This document shows positions 43,916 through 54,746 of a stretch of 64,000 bases of DNA, one piece after another. A program made the translations under genes and the position numbers. The notes beneath the pieces are model-generated. The model was not told the origin of the DNA. It ran no database searches and saw only the letters and a list, made by a program, of their open reading frames with translations. Origin of the DNA: Octopus vulgaris (taxonomy: Eukaryota); contig OX597832.1 of NCBI GenBank assembly GCA_951406725.2, forward strand, positions 9,486,001 to 9,550,000, in the 5' to 3' direction. Position 1 is the first letter of the stretch. Each line of letters starts with the position of its first letter.

Positions 43916-44215
43916 TAATATAATAATAAGAGTAAATAATTTCTTTAATGGTTTTAAAAAAAACAACAATTATTTACTGGTAGATTTCGGCATGTAAATA
44001 TAACCATAAACGGTAGGAACTTCTGTAAAGTTCAGTGTATATATATATTGTATATAAATAAAATTGATATACAATTTATATACAATATATATACACTGAA
44101 CTTTACAGAAGTTCCTAACGTTAATGGTTATATTTACATACCGAAATCTACCAGTAAATAATTGTTGTTTTTTTAAAAACCTTTAAAGAAATTATTTACT
44201 CTTATTATTATATTA
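43916..44215. repeat. ~300-bp palindrome of an interspersed repeat (arms 43916-44059 / 44074-44215)
   Basis: Arms nearly identical in inverted orientation; a single arm recurs at 47236-47375. Confidence 0.9.
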
Positions 44216-44227
44216 TACATACATATA

Positions 44228-44290
<63 letters not shown>

Positions 44291-44349
44291 AGAGAGAGAG
44301 AGTTGAAAAAACAAAAGATGAAGACAGGTGTATGAACAACAAGCAGTTG

Positions 44350-44393
<44 letters not shown>

Positions 44394-44394
44394 G

Positions 44395-44435
<41 letters not shown>

Positions 44436-44469
44436 TGTATGTATGTATGTATGTATGATGTGTGATGAA

Positions 44470-44848
44470 ATTATTATTCAATCCAAGGAAAAACAGAATC
44501 TTTCAAATGAATTGAAAACATCCAATCTTCACTGGTTCTTCAGTTAAACAACAATATAGTAGAGAAAATAATCATAAATCAAACTGGTATAATTTCAATA
44601 TATAAATATTAAAGGAAACACATAAATACAATTGACATATAAATTTATTAACATTATAATATAATATAATTAATTTATAAAAAGATATACTATAATATAA
44701 TTATACTATAAGAAATATATTATAACAACAAATCATTAAAACAAATATACATTGGTTTTAATCATTTATTATTTTATATTATATCTTTTTATAGTATAAT
44801 TTTATATTATGTTAATAAATTGTATGTGAATTGTATTTGTCTATTTCC

Positions 44849-44853
<5 letters not shown>
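44470..44853. mobile_element. Inverted pair of PLE terminal-repeat fragments related to 17095-17320
   Basis: Minus strand CTCTACTATATTGT..CTGAAGAACCAGT..ATTGGATGTTTTC..CCTTGGATTG matches ~17220-17310; 44770-44853 is inverted relative to ~44605-44700. Confidence 0.65.
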
Positions 44854-44933
<80 letters not shown>

Positions 44934-45157
44934 TCAATATAGGGTGGCAAAAAATTTCGTAGAATTTTTTTTTGCCACCAGCGGCCTAGTGGGAAAAAAT
45001 TAAATAGTCATAGACCATTTATAAGTTCAACATCACAATCAAGGAACGGCCATAATAAACCATTCACCCACTAGAAATAACAGCCAAAGCTTCAACCGCA
45101 AAAACAACATCAATTCCGCAAACCAGGAGAAAATTAAAAAAACATTTACCCTATAAT

Positions 45158-45260
45158 TTCTTATACGATGCACCGTTTCATCTATTGTTTAATGGTAAAC
45201 TAACCTGATTAAATTAAATCAAGCCAATCTTCCATAGGCCGATAGATTCGTCAGTAAGAA
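45158..45260 (-). ncRNA. Type I hammerhead ribozyme, copy 1
   Basis: TTCTTA-CTGACGA-ATCTAT...ATAGAT-GAAA-CGGTGCATCG-TA^TAAGAA. Confidence 0.88.
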
Positions 45261-45663
45261 CAGCCAGATCGGAACAGATATTTTCACGAGGCACTTCTAT
45301 CCCTGCCTCGGCAATATCTGACCTAAAATTTTCAAATCATCGCACTTGCGCCAAATTTATCGGCAGCAAATATAAGCCGCCGATTCCATTACGGAATTAA
45401 TCAGAAAATTCCTAATTAATCAATATAGGGTGGCAAAAAATTTCGTAGAATTTTTTTTTGCCACCAGCGGCCTAGTGGGAAAAAATTAAATAGTCATAGT
45501 CCATTTATAAGTTCAACATCACAATCAAGGAACGGCCATAATAGCGGCTTATATTTGCTGCCGATAAATTTGGCGCGAGTGCGATGATTTGAAAATTTTA
45601 GATCAGATATTGCCGAGGCAGGGATAGAAGTGCCTCGTGAAAATATCTGTTCCGATCTGGCTG

Positions 45664-45766
45664 TTCTTACTGACGAATCTATCGGCCTATGGAAGATTGG
45701 CTTCATTTAATTTAATCAGGTTAGTTTATCATTAAACAATACATGAAACGGTGCATCGTATAAGAA
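45664..45766 (+). ncRNA. Type I hammerhead ribozyme, copy 2 (one mismatch in basal stem II)
   Basis: Core CTGACGA 45670-45676, GAAA 45745-45748, GUA cleavage predicted after 45760. Confidence 0.85.
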
Positions 45767-46148
45767 ATTACAGGGTAAATGTTTTTTTAATTTTCTCCTG
45801 GTTTGCGGAATTGATGTTGTTTTTGCGGTTGAAGATTTGGCTGTTATTTCTAGTGGGTGAATGGCCTATTATGGCCGTTCCTTGATTGTGATGTTGAACT
45901 TATAAATGGTCTATGACTATTTAATTTTTTCCCACTAGGCCGCTGGTGGCAAAAAAAATTCTACGAAATTTTTTGCCACCCTATATTGATTAATTAGGAA
46001 TTTTCTGGTTAATTCCGTAATGGAATCGGCGGCTTATATTTGCTGCCGATAAATTTGGCACGAGTGCGATGATTTGAAAATTTTAGGTCAGATATTGCCG
46101 AGGCAGGGATAGAAGTGCCTCGTGAAAATATCTGTTCCGATCTGGCTG

Positions 46149-46251
46149 TTCTTACTGACGAATCTATCGGCCTATGGAAGATTGGCTTGATTTAATTTAA
46201 TCAGGTTAGTTTACCATTAAACAATAGATGAAACGGTGCATCGTATAAGAA
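46149..46251 (+). ncRNA. Type I hammerhead ribozyme, copy 3 (intact)
   Basis: Stem I TTCTTA/TAAGAA, CTGACGA 46155-46161, stem II ATCTAT/ATAGAT, GAAA 46230-46233, stem III CGG-TGCA-TCG, cleavage predicted after 46245. Confidence 0.9.
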
Positions 46252-46372
46252 ATTACAGGGTAAGTGTTTTTTTAATTTTCTCCTGGTTTGCGGAATTGAT
46301 GTTGTTTTTGCGGTTGAAGCTTTGGCTGTTATTTCTAGTGGGTGAATGGCCTATTGTGGCCGTTCCTTGATT

Positions 46373-46406
<34 letters not shown>

Positions 46407-46408
<2 letters not shown>

Positions 46409-46566
46409 GGATTGGCTCTGTGGTAAGCAACTTCCTTACATACCACACCGTTCCGGGTTCAGTCCCACTGCATGACACCTTGGGCAAGTGTCTTCTACTG
46501 CAGGCACGGGCTGACCAAATCCTTGTGAGTAGATTTCGTAGACGGAAACTGAAAGAAGCCTGTCGT
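46407..46566 (+). mobile_element. SINE family A 5' part
   Basis: GGTTCAGTCCC B-box, CCTTGGGCAAGT core, GACGGAAACTGAAAGAAGCC. Confidence 0.8.
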
Positions 46567-46625
46567 ATATATATATATATATATATACATATATTTATAT
46601 ATATATATATGTGCGTGTGTATGTA

Positions 46626-46672
<47 letters not shown>

Positions 46673-46733
46673 ATGGGTGTGTATATATATATATATATAC
46701 ATATATTTATATATATATATATATGTGTATGTA

Positions 46734-46782
<49 letters not shown>

Positions 46783-47235
46783 GGGTGTGTATATATGTGT
46801 GTGTGTGCATACATCTATATAGTAGGATGCAAGCAAGACTTAACTATTCTAATCACTCGGAATGCACATAATGCAGCAACAAGTCGTCAGCACTTGCATG
46901 TTATTACATTCTGTGCATAATAAAGACATAAAGGAGTTTGCATCAAATATGCCACTACGGTGTGGCTAAATGCATTAGTTAGTACCAACGTCCTCACACA
47001 TTACTCAAGTGAAGAAGTTGAATTGCTTGTCTATACTGTGTGTATTTGTTATTGTTATCTAGATTCGGTGGTATATGGATAAAACAAGACTCGTGGAAAT
47101 AACAGCCTAAAAATCGTTGAAAGTTAATAATTGTTTTAAATAGATTAACTAATTTGTGTCTTCTCTGCTGGGAGTATATAACATTTGCTAATCCTCTCTA
47201 CGTGTTACCAAATACATGCCATTCGCATCCAAATA

Positions 47236-47478
47236 GTAATATAATAATAAGAGTAAATAATTTCTATAAAGGCTTTTAAAAAAACCCCGATTATTTACTG
47301 GTAGAATTCGGTATGTAAATATAGCCGATTACCGGCAGGAACTTCTGTAAAGTTCAGTATATATATTGTATATAAGAAAAAGGGACAGGCAAAACAGGTT
47401 GCTTGACCGCATACCGAAAAAATAGAAATAGCAGTCAAGAATGCTTATTTCTGTTTTGCCTGTCCCTTGTTCTTATAT
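47236..47478. repeat. Copy of the second structured repeat family with a 28-bp hairpin (47370-47397 / 47451-47478)
   Basis: Matches 43916-44059 and 43510-43575. Confidence 0.75.
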
Positions 47479-47809
47479 GCCATCAGCATCTATAGATTAG
47501 TTAGTCACATACGAACAATTCTGCTTAGATTATCTAACTCTGTTTACAAGTCCAATGTATTTATCTATTTTAATACATAATCCCTGCTGCTACTGGTGAA
47601 AGATAATTCTCTGTGTATTACTATATAACACACGGATCACATTTTATAATATAAATTGCATCAGTTGTATCAAAAGTAAATATGGTTAACATATTACTAT
47701 TGAGGGCACGATAAACTTTGATTACAACACTGCTATTGGAAATAATGTTTCACAAACAATTTTAACGTCCATGGAGATGGAACCCATAATCCTGAGTATT
47801 TGAATATAT

Positions 47810-47865
<56 letters not shown>

Positions 47866-48525
47866 GAAACTGTTTTATATGTAATAATGATTTTTTTAAC
47901 TAGATGGAGGTGTTGTTACCAGTCTACGAGAAGAGGTATCGTTATGTGAATCATAAGCTGTGCTGTGAACAAACATTTCTTAACACAGAATATCACTACA
48001 AACGTTTCAGTGGTTCAATAGATTGAGATATAACATCAGGTTTTCCCACATCTTGTCCACAATGATTCTTGATCCCTACGTTCCAAGCTTCAGACACTTT
48101 TATCCAAAGCTCCTCGACGGCTGTATGCTGACAGACAATGGAAGCAAGAGAGGGGTTGGAATCACCACTGTGGCAGAATACACAGTTTGTATTCTGTCAA
48201 AATTATACTTTTGTTTTACCAAGTTATTCAATAGCAGACATCGTTACATTAATTAAATAAACCAGAAAGATGTTGTCATGTGGATTTAATTGATATTTTT
48301 GATGAAATCAAGGCATAGATTAAATTCCTGTGTGAACTTAAAACACCCAATCGTATGGTTGTGCATTAAATTTGTTGCAATGTTGACTCAAACATTTCAG
48401 ATATTTTTTCGATTGTATGGTATTTAATAGTCTGTACAGGTTTCTTTGTCAATATTACAATTATGCTAAACACGACGAACGAACTTTTTCCTCACCCTAG
48501 TTGATGTGACTGATAATAAGTATAT

Positions 48526-48874
48526 TTACTCTTTTACTCTTTTACTTGTTTCAGTCATTTGACTGCGGCCATGCTGGAGCACCGCCTTTAGTCGAGCAAA
48601 TCGACCCCGGGACTTATTCTTTGTAAGCCCAGTACTTATTCTATCGATCTCTTTTGCCGAACCACTATGTGACGGGGACGTAAACACACCAGCATCGGTT
48701 GTCAAGCAATGCTAGGGGGACAAACACAGACACATACACATATATATATATATATATATACATATATACGACAGGCTACTTTCAGTTTCCGTCTACCAAA
48801 TCCACGCAGTGGGACTGAACCCGGGACCATGTGGTTGGTTAGCAAGCTACTTACTACACAGCCACTCCTGCGCC
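48526..48874 (-). mobile_element. SINE family A copy (internal deletion)
   Basis: Reverse complement of the family. Confidence 0.85.
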
Positions 48875-50855
48875 TATTATATTATAGCTATTTATTTATT
48901 TTATTTCGTACAGAAGTTTGAAATGTTCTTGGAAACTGATGTGAATTTTTAAACAACGGGTGTTATGAAATCAAGCTAAATAGATAGATATTATGTTATG
49001 GATAAATTTATGTTGTGCTTTGCTTTTGATGAAGCGCTGCGAAGATAGATGGTATGAAATGTTTTCGGTGGAATCAAATTGATGGATTTCGTTGCTACTG
49101 AATAATTTCTCAGGATCCGCTTACGTGTACTTCCTGACATTCTGAATGAAAGTAGTGTAAGCCTATTTGTCAAAATGTAAACAAGTGTGTGCCAACTCAT
49201 ACAAGTCTTTTACGCAATGATAAAAGTTTGACTGCCAAACAATATATAGTAGAATATAAGTAAAACGTGTTTCATCTATAAATAATTATTTATCCATAAA
49301 CTTTGTAGTAGTGGTATTTAGTGAATTTCTGTTTAGGCAAACTACTTTGTTACCACTCCAATGCCTTTGTTATCTAATTGTTGCAAACAGCAAATGTTAG
49401 AATTGCCTGTAGTGTTCGGTTTCTTGGCATGTCTAGCTTGATAAAAACTAAAAGAATTCCGAAATGGATGGAAGTTGCTGTCAATAATAGATGCAAAATA
49501 GACTTCTTCATTTTCTGCGAGAATAAATCACTGTAGGCACCCCATAGAGTAGAAATAAATAGGGAAACTGTTATCTTCTTTACAGTAGCTAAATCGGAGA
49601 ACAAAGTTGATGAAGTGCACAATTAATCAATACATAAAAAGGACATAAATATAAAGGTGAACTGCGGACGTACATGTACGTTGAATACATCTGCAGAAAC
49701 ATGCTGAATGTATGGGAGGCGGTGATTAACCCTTATGCACCAAAATATTCTAAGGAAGTTATATAAATCTTCGATTAAAATTTAGTCTTATTTTTGCTTG
49801 CGGTATTTCGTATTACTGTTTTTTAATATCATTCTTTTCCATTCGTTTTCCATTCGTTTCATCCTGGTAATCGCTGAACAGTAAAAAAGGGTTAATTATA
49901 TTTATTTATTTATTTTATATTTCAAAGGAGATTATATGAAACATCGTTTAGCTTCAATTTGGTTCAATAGTTCCTCTCGGGTAAAATAAAAGTTGATTCA
50001 GTTCAGATGCCAAAAGTGGTCAGTGACATTTCAAGACAAGTTATATCTTCGAACGAACTTTCCTTTGCAGAGATATAATGAATTACGTTACTTTTAAATC
50101 ATCTCTTCTAACTTAAAATTGTTTGACAATGGATTGTCGCTAAATATGTTATTAACCAGTACACATTGTGTTCAGGCTTTCAAGCATTAGGAATTTTGTA
50201 AATGTAAACTAAATAAGCTATAGAATGTCACATGAATTTTGAAGGTCAGAAATGTCGCAGTTAAAGAAAAACTGAGTTAATAGAATATAGATTTAACCGC
50301 TTGTGATTTATTCTATTTTTTATCGTTTTATCAATACTGTTTTATTAGATTGGGAACAAAGAATATATGAAGCATCGGTCCATGATAACATTTTTGAAAT
50401 ATTAAATTCCATAACGTATAATGTTCCAGTGCTTATAGTATTAAAGATTGAACTGATAAATGAATTTAGAGAAAGATGCACATTTATTGTTACTCAAACT
50501 CGACAACATAACAGTATAGATTAAGAAAAAAAACATAATTATAAAAGAGAAACCATCAGAAACATCATCTCATGCGTACAGAAGAGTTACAGTGCTTTAA
50601 AGTCACAGTAACTGGTCGTGATGAACTAAATGATTCAATGTGCCCTGAACAATTCAAAGCAAAAAACGAAAACAGGATAAACTTGAAAATATCCATTGTT
50701 GAAAAAATACAAAGAACTGTTATAAACAACTCTAAATAACATATTCAACTAACACTCACACAATCACAGTTACAACTGAAAGCGCAAACATCAACGAGAG
50801 TTAGAACACACTTTAAACAACAGGATAATCAAAATCACCGTACCACGACTAAACA

Positions 50856-50910
<55 letters not shown>

Positions 50911-50912
<2 letters not shown>

Positions 50913-51780
50913 CGGGAAGCTTTATGAAAATAAACAAAAGACGAAGGCAGGTGGAAAACAAACGAACAATTGTATTAGTATGGCGCTCAGGAAATATAAA
51001 TAAAACAAGTCTTTAACGTTTCGAGCCTACGCTCTTCAACAGAAAGATACACAGAGAGAAAAACACAGAAAGAAGGAGAGAAAAAAATGCGTGCAGTAGC
51101 TAACGAATCAACATGGCGATCTGATTTCGGCCAGAGGTCAAAGATCAAACATGAGACGCGAGAGCGAAATAAGGGAGATAATAGGGTTGAGGGACCAGCT
51201 AAAAGTGCGTGGGAGGGGTCTGGATGTGTATGTATAGGGTTGGTGTATGTATTAGTATGTATAAGGGTGTGTGTGTGTGTGTGTATGAGAGAGTATCAGT
51301 GTGTGGGATTGGTCTGGACGTGCGTATGTATGGGGTTGGTGTATGTATTAGTATGTATTAGTATGTATTAGTACGTATTGGTATGTATAGGTGTGTGTGT
51401 GTGTGTGTGAGAGAGTATAAGTGCGTATGCAGGGTCTGGACGTGTGTATGTATAGGGTTGGTGTAAGTATTAGTATGTACTAGTATGTATTAGTACGTAT
51501 TAGTATGTATTAGTTGGTGAGTGTATTAGTATGGCACATCATATGTGATGTGATGTGTAAAGTCATGTGGTGTAGTGAGGAGAAGAGGGAGGGATAATTA
51601 ACAAAAAAAAACAAAAGACGGAGAGATGTGTTATAGACAACAAACAGATGTATTAGTCTAAAGCTCGGGAAGTGAAAAAGTATTTAACGTTTCGAGCCTA
51701 CGCTTTTCCACAGAAAGGAACACAGAAAGAAACAAGGAGAGAAAATAAAGAATGTGAAGTGGCAAGCGATCTACCATGGC
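50911..51780 (-). mobile_element. Two tandem Penelope-like terminal-repeat fragments with minimal hammerheads (51011-51046, 51682-51717)
   Basis: CTTT-CTGTTGA-A-GAGC-GTAG-GCTC-GAAA-CG-TT-AAAG and a diverged second copy, separated by GTATGTATTA-type repeats. Confidence 0.6.
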
Positions 51781-51791
51781 CCATATATATA

Positions 51792-52203
51792 CGGGGTGCG
51801 ATCAATAAATATCCGGACTGTTGCCATAGTAACGAGGCTCAAACACGAAGAGTAAAGCCATTTGCCACAAATTGACCTTGAACTCTGCTGAGCAAACGCA
51901 CTATGTTTTAACGTTCTAGATCACTTCTGCTGTATACAGTGGTGCTTTCGATGAAAGTGTGTAGCGTGTTGTCGAGGAATTGACAATGACAGAGGAAGTT
52001 TAGAAGAGAATTTGCATTAAATGTTACCAAACGCTTGGAGATAACCTCTCAGTGGCCTCGCAAAAATTTCAAATAGTTTTGATCTTTCTAGACACAATCA
52101 AGATCTTGCGCAACTGAAACTCGACTGTTCTTTTGGTCTGCTGAAAACGGTTTGGGCACAAACTTGGCAGACACGCGTCTCATACCCAAATCTTCGGTGA
52201 TAA
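51792..52203. mobile_element. Rearranged mariner remnant
   Basis: TIR-like start TACGGGGTGCGATCAATAAATATCCGGACT; plus-strand MTEEV*KRICIKC; minus-strand ITEDLGMRRVSAKFVPK. Confidence 0.65.
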
Positions 52204-52242
52204 CCCTGGGTAAAATACAGTTCTATATTAAAGAGTTGAGGA

Positions 52243-52448
52243 ATTATGTACATTATTTACATTATTTACAATTGATGACTATTTGTCCTGATCTTGTTTG
52301 TTATTAACAAAACTTTTCGGCTGATATACCCTCCAGCCTTCATCAGGTTTCTTGGGGAAATTTCGAACCTGGGTTCTCATTCGTAAGGTATTTTTCGATG
52401 TTGCTGTTGATGTTGTTGTTAATATTATCATTATTATTATTATTATTA

Positions 52449-52491
<43 letters not shown>

Positions 52492-52603
52492 GCAGGTCAT
52501 GTCTGGAATCGAACTCGGAATATTGGTGTTTGTAGCCCACGCTCTTAACCACTACGCCATATGCCCATGGGCGAAGTGGTTAAGAACACGGGATACTAAC
52601 CCC
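52243..52603 (-). mobile_element. tRNA-headed SINE-like element with internal (AAT)n, hammerhead-bearing tail, and a short inverted copy of its head
   Basis: A-box TGGCGTAGTGG, B-box GAGTTCGATTCC; CTGATGA-A-GGCTG..CAGCC-GAAA at 52315-52346; inverted head 52568-52603. Confidence 0.65.
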
Positions 52604-52604
52604 A

Positions 52605-52980
52605 TGGTATGTCGTTTTCTTCTGCTCAAATGCTGTGTTCGCATCCAGTCCTCTTCCCTCTCTTTTTTGTACATACAGACTGTGTCACATTTTGGGTGGA
52701 GTTTCCCATATCTAGTTAGCAGCTTCCTTGTCTTTGGGTATAATCTGTTTAGTACGTCTACTTTCCATAAGATTACTCCTGCTCCATATCTATAGATTGA
52801 AACCGCCCAGGTGTTGATATCGTCAATTTTATTCTGCCCGTTTAATTTCGACTTAAGTATCCATCTCAGTCTGCACCCTAATTTTTCTGTCATTTCATTT
52901 CCCGTCAATTTATCCATTTCCATTTTCCCCAAATACTTATTGGTAGTTTCTTCTATCTGCTCCATAACCCTCCGAGGTTT
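52605..52980 (-). mobile_element. R4/Dong-like LINE RT/thumb fragment
   Basis: KYLG..ILKSKLNGQNKIDDINTWAVSIYRYGAG..KTRKLLTRYGKLHPK. Confidence 0.8.
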
Positions 52981-53003
52981 TATCATGATTATCATGATTA
53001 TCA

Positions 53004-53050
<47 letters not shown>

Positions 53051-53499
53051 GATAGCTTAATTTGTGCTTCTGGATCGCTGCAAATTTTTGACTGACTCTA
53101 AAGTTCCTGCATTGTGTTTTGCTACTTAAATCGATTTTCAAGCCAGCTGCCCTTCTGCAGGGCTGACGTTTATTAACCAAAGCGCCATTTTCGAGGTGAT
53201 ACAAACCATTTTGATTTCAAATCTCTTTTAAAATTTGTTTCGAAGAAAATAAACATTGAGGATAGCGGTGAAAAGCAGGAAAGAGAAAGGAATGTGATAC
53301 AGTAATTAGCACGAAGAATGCAGAAAGAATGCAATAAAGAAAGAATGCGCGAGGAAGGAAGGATTAAATTCTTCTTCACTGCATTGAAATTGTTGTAGCA
53401 TGAAGAACAAAACTGAAAGCAACTGCTCTTGTGAAGAGTTAGCGGCGGGAAAGAGGGTTTTGTAAATATCACGGCAGCAAATGAATTGGTTAAGAACTC

Positions 53500-54746
53500 A
53501 TTAGAGAATAAATTAGAAAAGCTAAACTAGGCAGAAAAATATATGAAAATGGATGGAAGAATGGCCGAATTGACGCATCCAAGCGATGTGCTTGGAATAA
53601 CAGCCAAACGGAGAGTTGTCTACAGGTGCGTGAACACTAAGACAAGGTAACTCGAAAATGCTAAACACGACCGGGCGGAAATGTCTTGAAAAATATCCAC
53701 CACATTGGCAAAATATCTACCACATTGCGAGAGTGAGGGTTTACAGCGGAGTAGAGGTACTTTTTAAGACTGAGGGGCAGGCGATACAGAGCTCGGTGAC
53801 CACTCGTCACACCGAGGAAATCGGCCCCTTTCCCAACGTACATGGGAAGAAGAGTAATATGAATTACGGTACCTGGAATTCTATAGGGGATTGATGGAGG
53901 GCAAGAGCGGCGACTTACTCGGGGAGGTCCTTAGCGTCGAAGTTGATCAACTGGGTAGTCTCTTCCGGAAGACTTTCTAGTCTGGGACTACAGATAACTT
54001 CTAGAAAGTCTTGGCCTAGCAGTGTTTCCGAGGGGTGCTGCTGGCTGGAGATAAGCTCTACAGGCACTGGTGTGCAGTCAGTCGGGCTTGTACTAGAATC
54101 ACAGGGAGTGATGAAGCCGTTCTGCATACTCTCATACAATACCCGTGCGTTGCTTACTTGTGGAGTTTTGTCGAACAGTTATTGGAACGTGTAGGACGGA
54201 TGCGGCTATCTTCCGACTCCATTTGGAGTATCGCCGCACCTCCTTCCTTCGGCAGGGAAGAAAGAGCAATTTTTCTCTGCCTGGTGGCTATGGTAAGAGA
54301 AGTTGTGTGGTGGACGCAATTGAAAGCGTTGAAGACGGGTGCCTTCCTCTTTCGCCAAGGCTTTATTTTATTTCTGTTGCCACCTGAAAAGGAAAGTGAG
54401 ACTGGAGAAGGGGGCACTGTCACCCAATAAGTTCGCTGAAAGGTGGGTACATGTGGAAAGAATGACCCGCGTGAACGGGCCTACTCTAAGTGTACACCTG
54501 TAGGCCAGAAAGAGAGAAGAAAGGCTGCCTTCTTGAGGAGCCGTCAGTCCTAAGGGGCTGAAGGTACATGAGGTCTCTTTGGTTACTTTACATTGAAATT
54601 CCCCCTTATTGGGGAAACATGGCGTTGATATAATCTCTTTCTTTTTTCGTGTATTTGCTGACTGTTTACAGGTTTAACCTCACTATACCTCGTCTGTGTA
54701 TCATCCTCTACGTTTGTGTTCGACCCTGGTGGCCAATAAAGAAAGG
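53500..54746 (+). mobile_element. Tx1/L1-clade LINE 3' part
   Basis: zf-RVT-like DKLYRH..CTR..DEAVLHTLIQYPCV..LWSFVEQLL, REVVWWT; ends CCCTGGTGGCCAATAAAGAAAG. Confidence 0.7.

Larger units (their letters stand above)
44931..46377. mobile_element. Hammerhead-containing 485-bp repeat array (retrozyme-like): minus arm 44931-45543, plus arm 45544-46377
   Basis: Period 485 bp; three HHR copies; no meaningful ORF; (TA)n on both sides. Confidence 0.85.

Noticed and set aside
44931-45543. Hammerhead in the opposite polarity (ambisense viroid-like RNA)
   Set aside because: Only CTGATTA and CTGACCT are found on that strand; no valid core. Other ribozyme classes could not be excluded by eye
45494-45706. 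70-aa ORF within the 485-nt array
   Set aside because: Antisense to the HHR strand, spans the inversion junction, and has no recognisable domain
48991-49622. Possible host exon(s) on the minus strand
   Set aside because: Frames contain stops, and there is no recognisable motif or convincing splice-site pair
51230-51530. CRISPR-like or regulatory repeat array
   Set aside because: Degenerate GTATGTATTA minisatellite with a local duplication; no unique spacers, and the context is eukaryotic
52495-52566. Functional tRNA gene
   Set aside because: A and B boxes are present but the acceptor and anticodon stems are degenerate; treated as a SINE head
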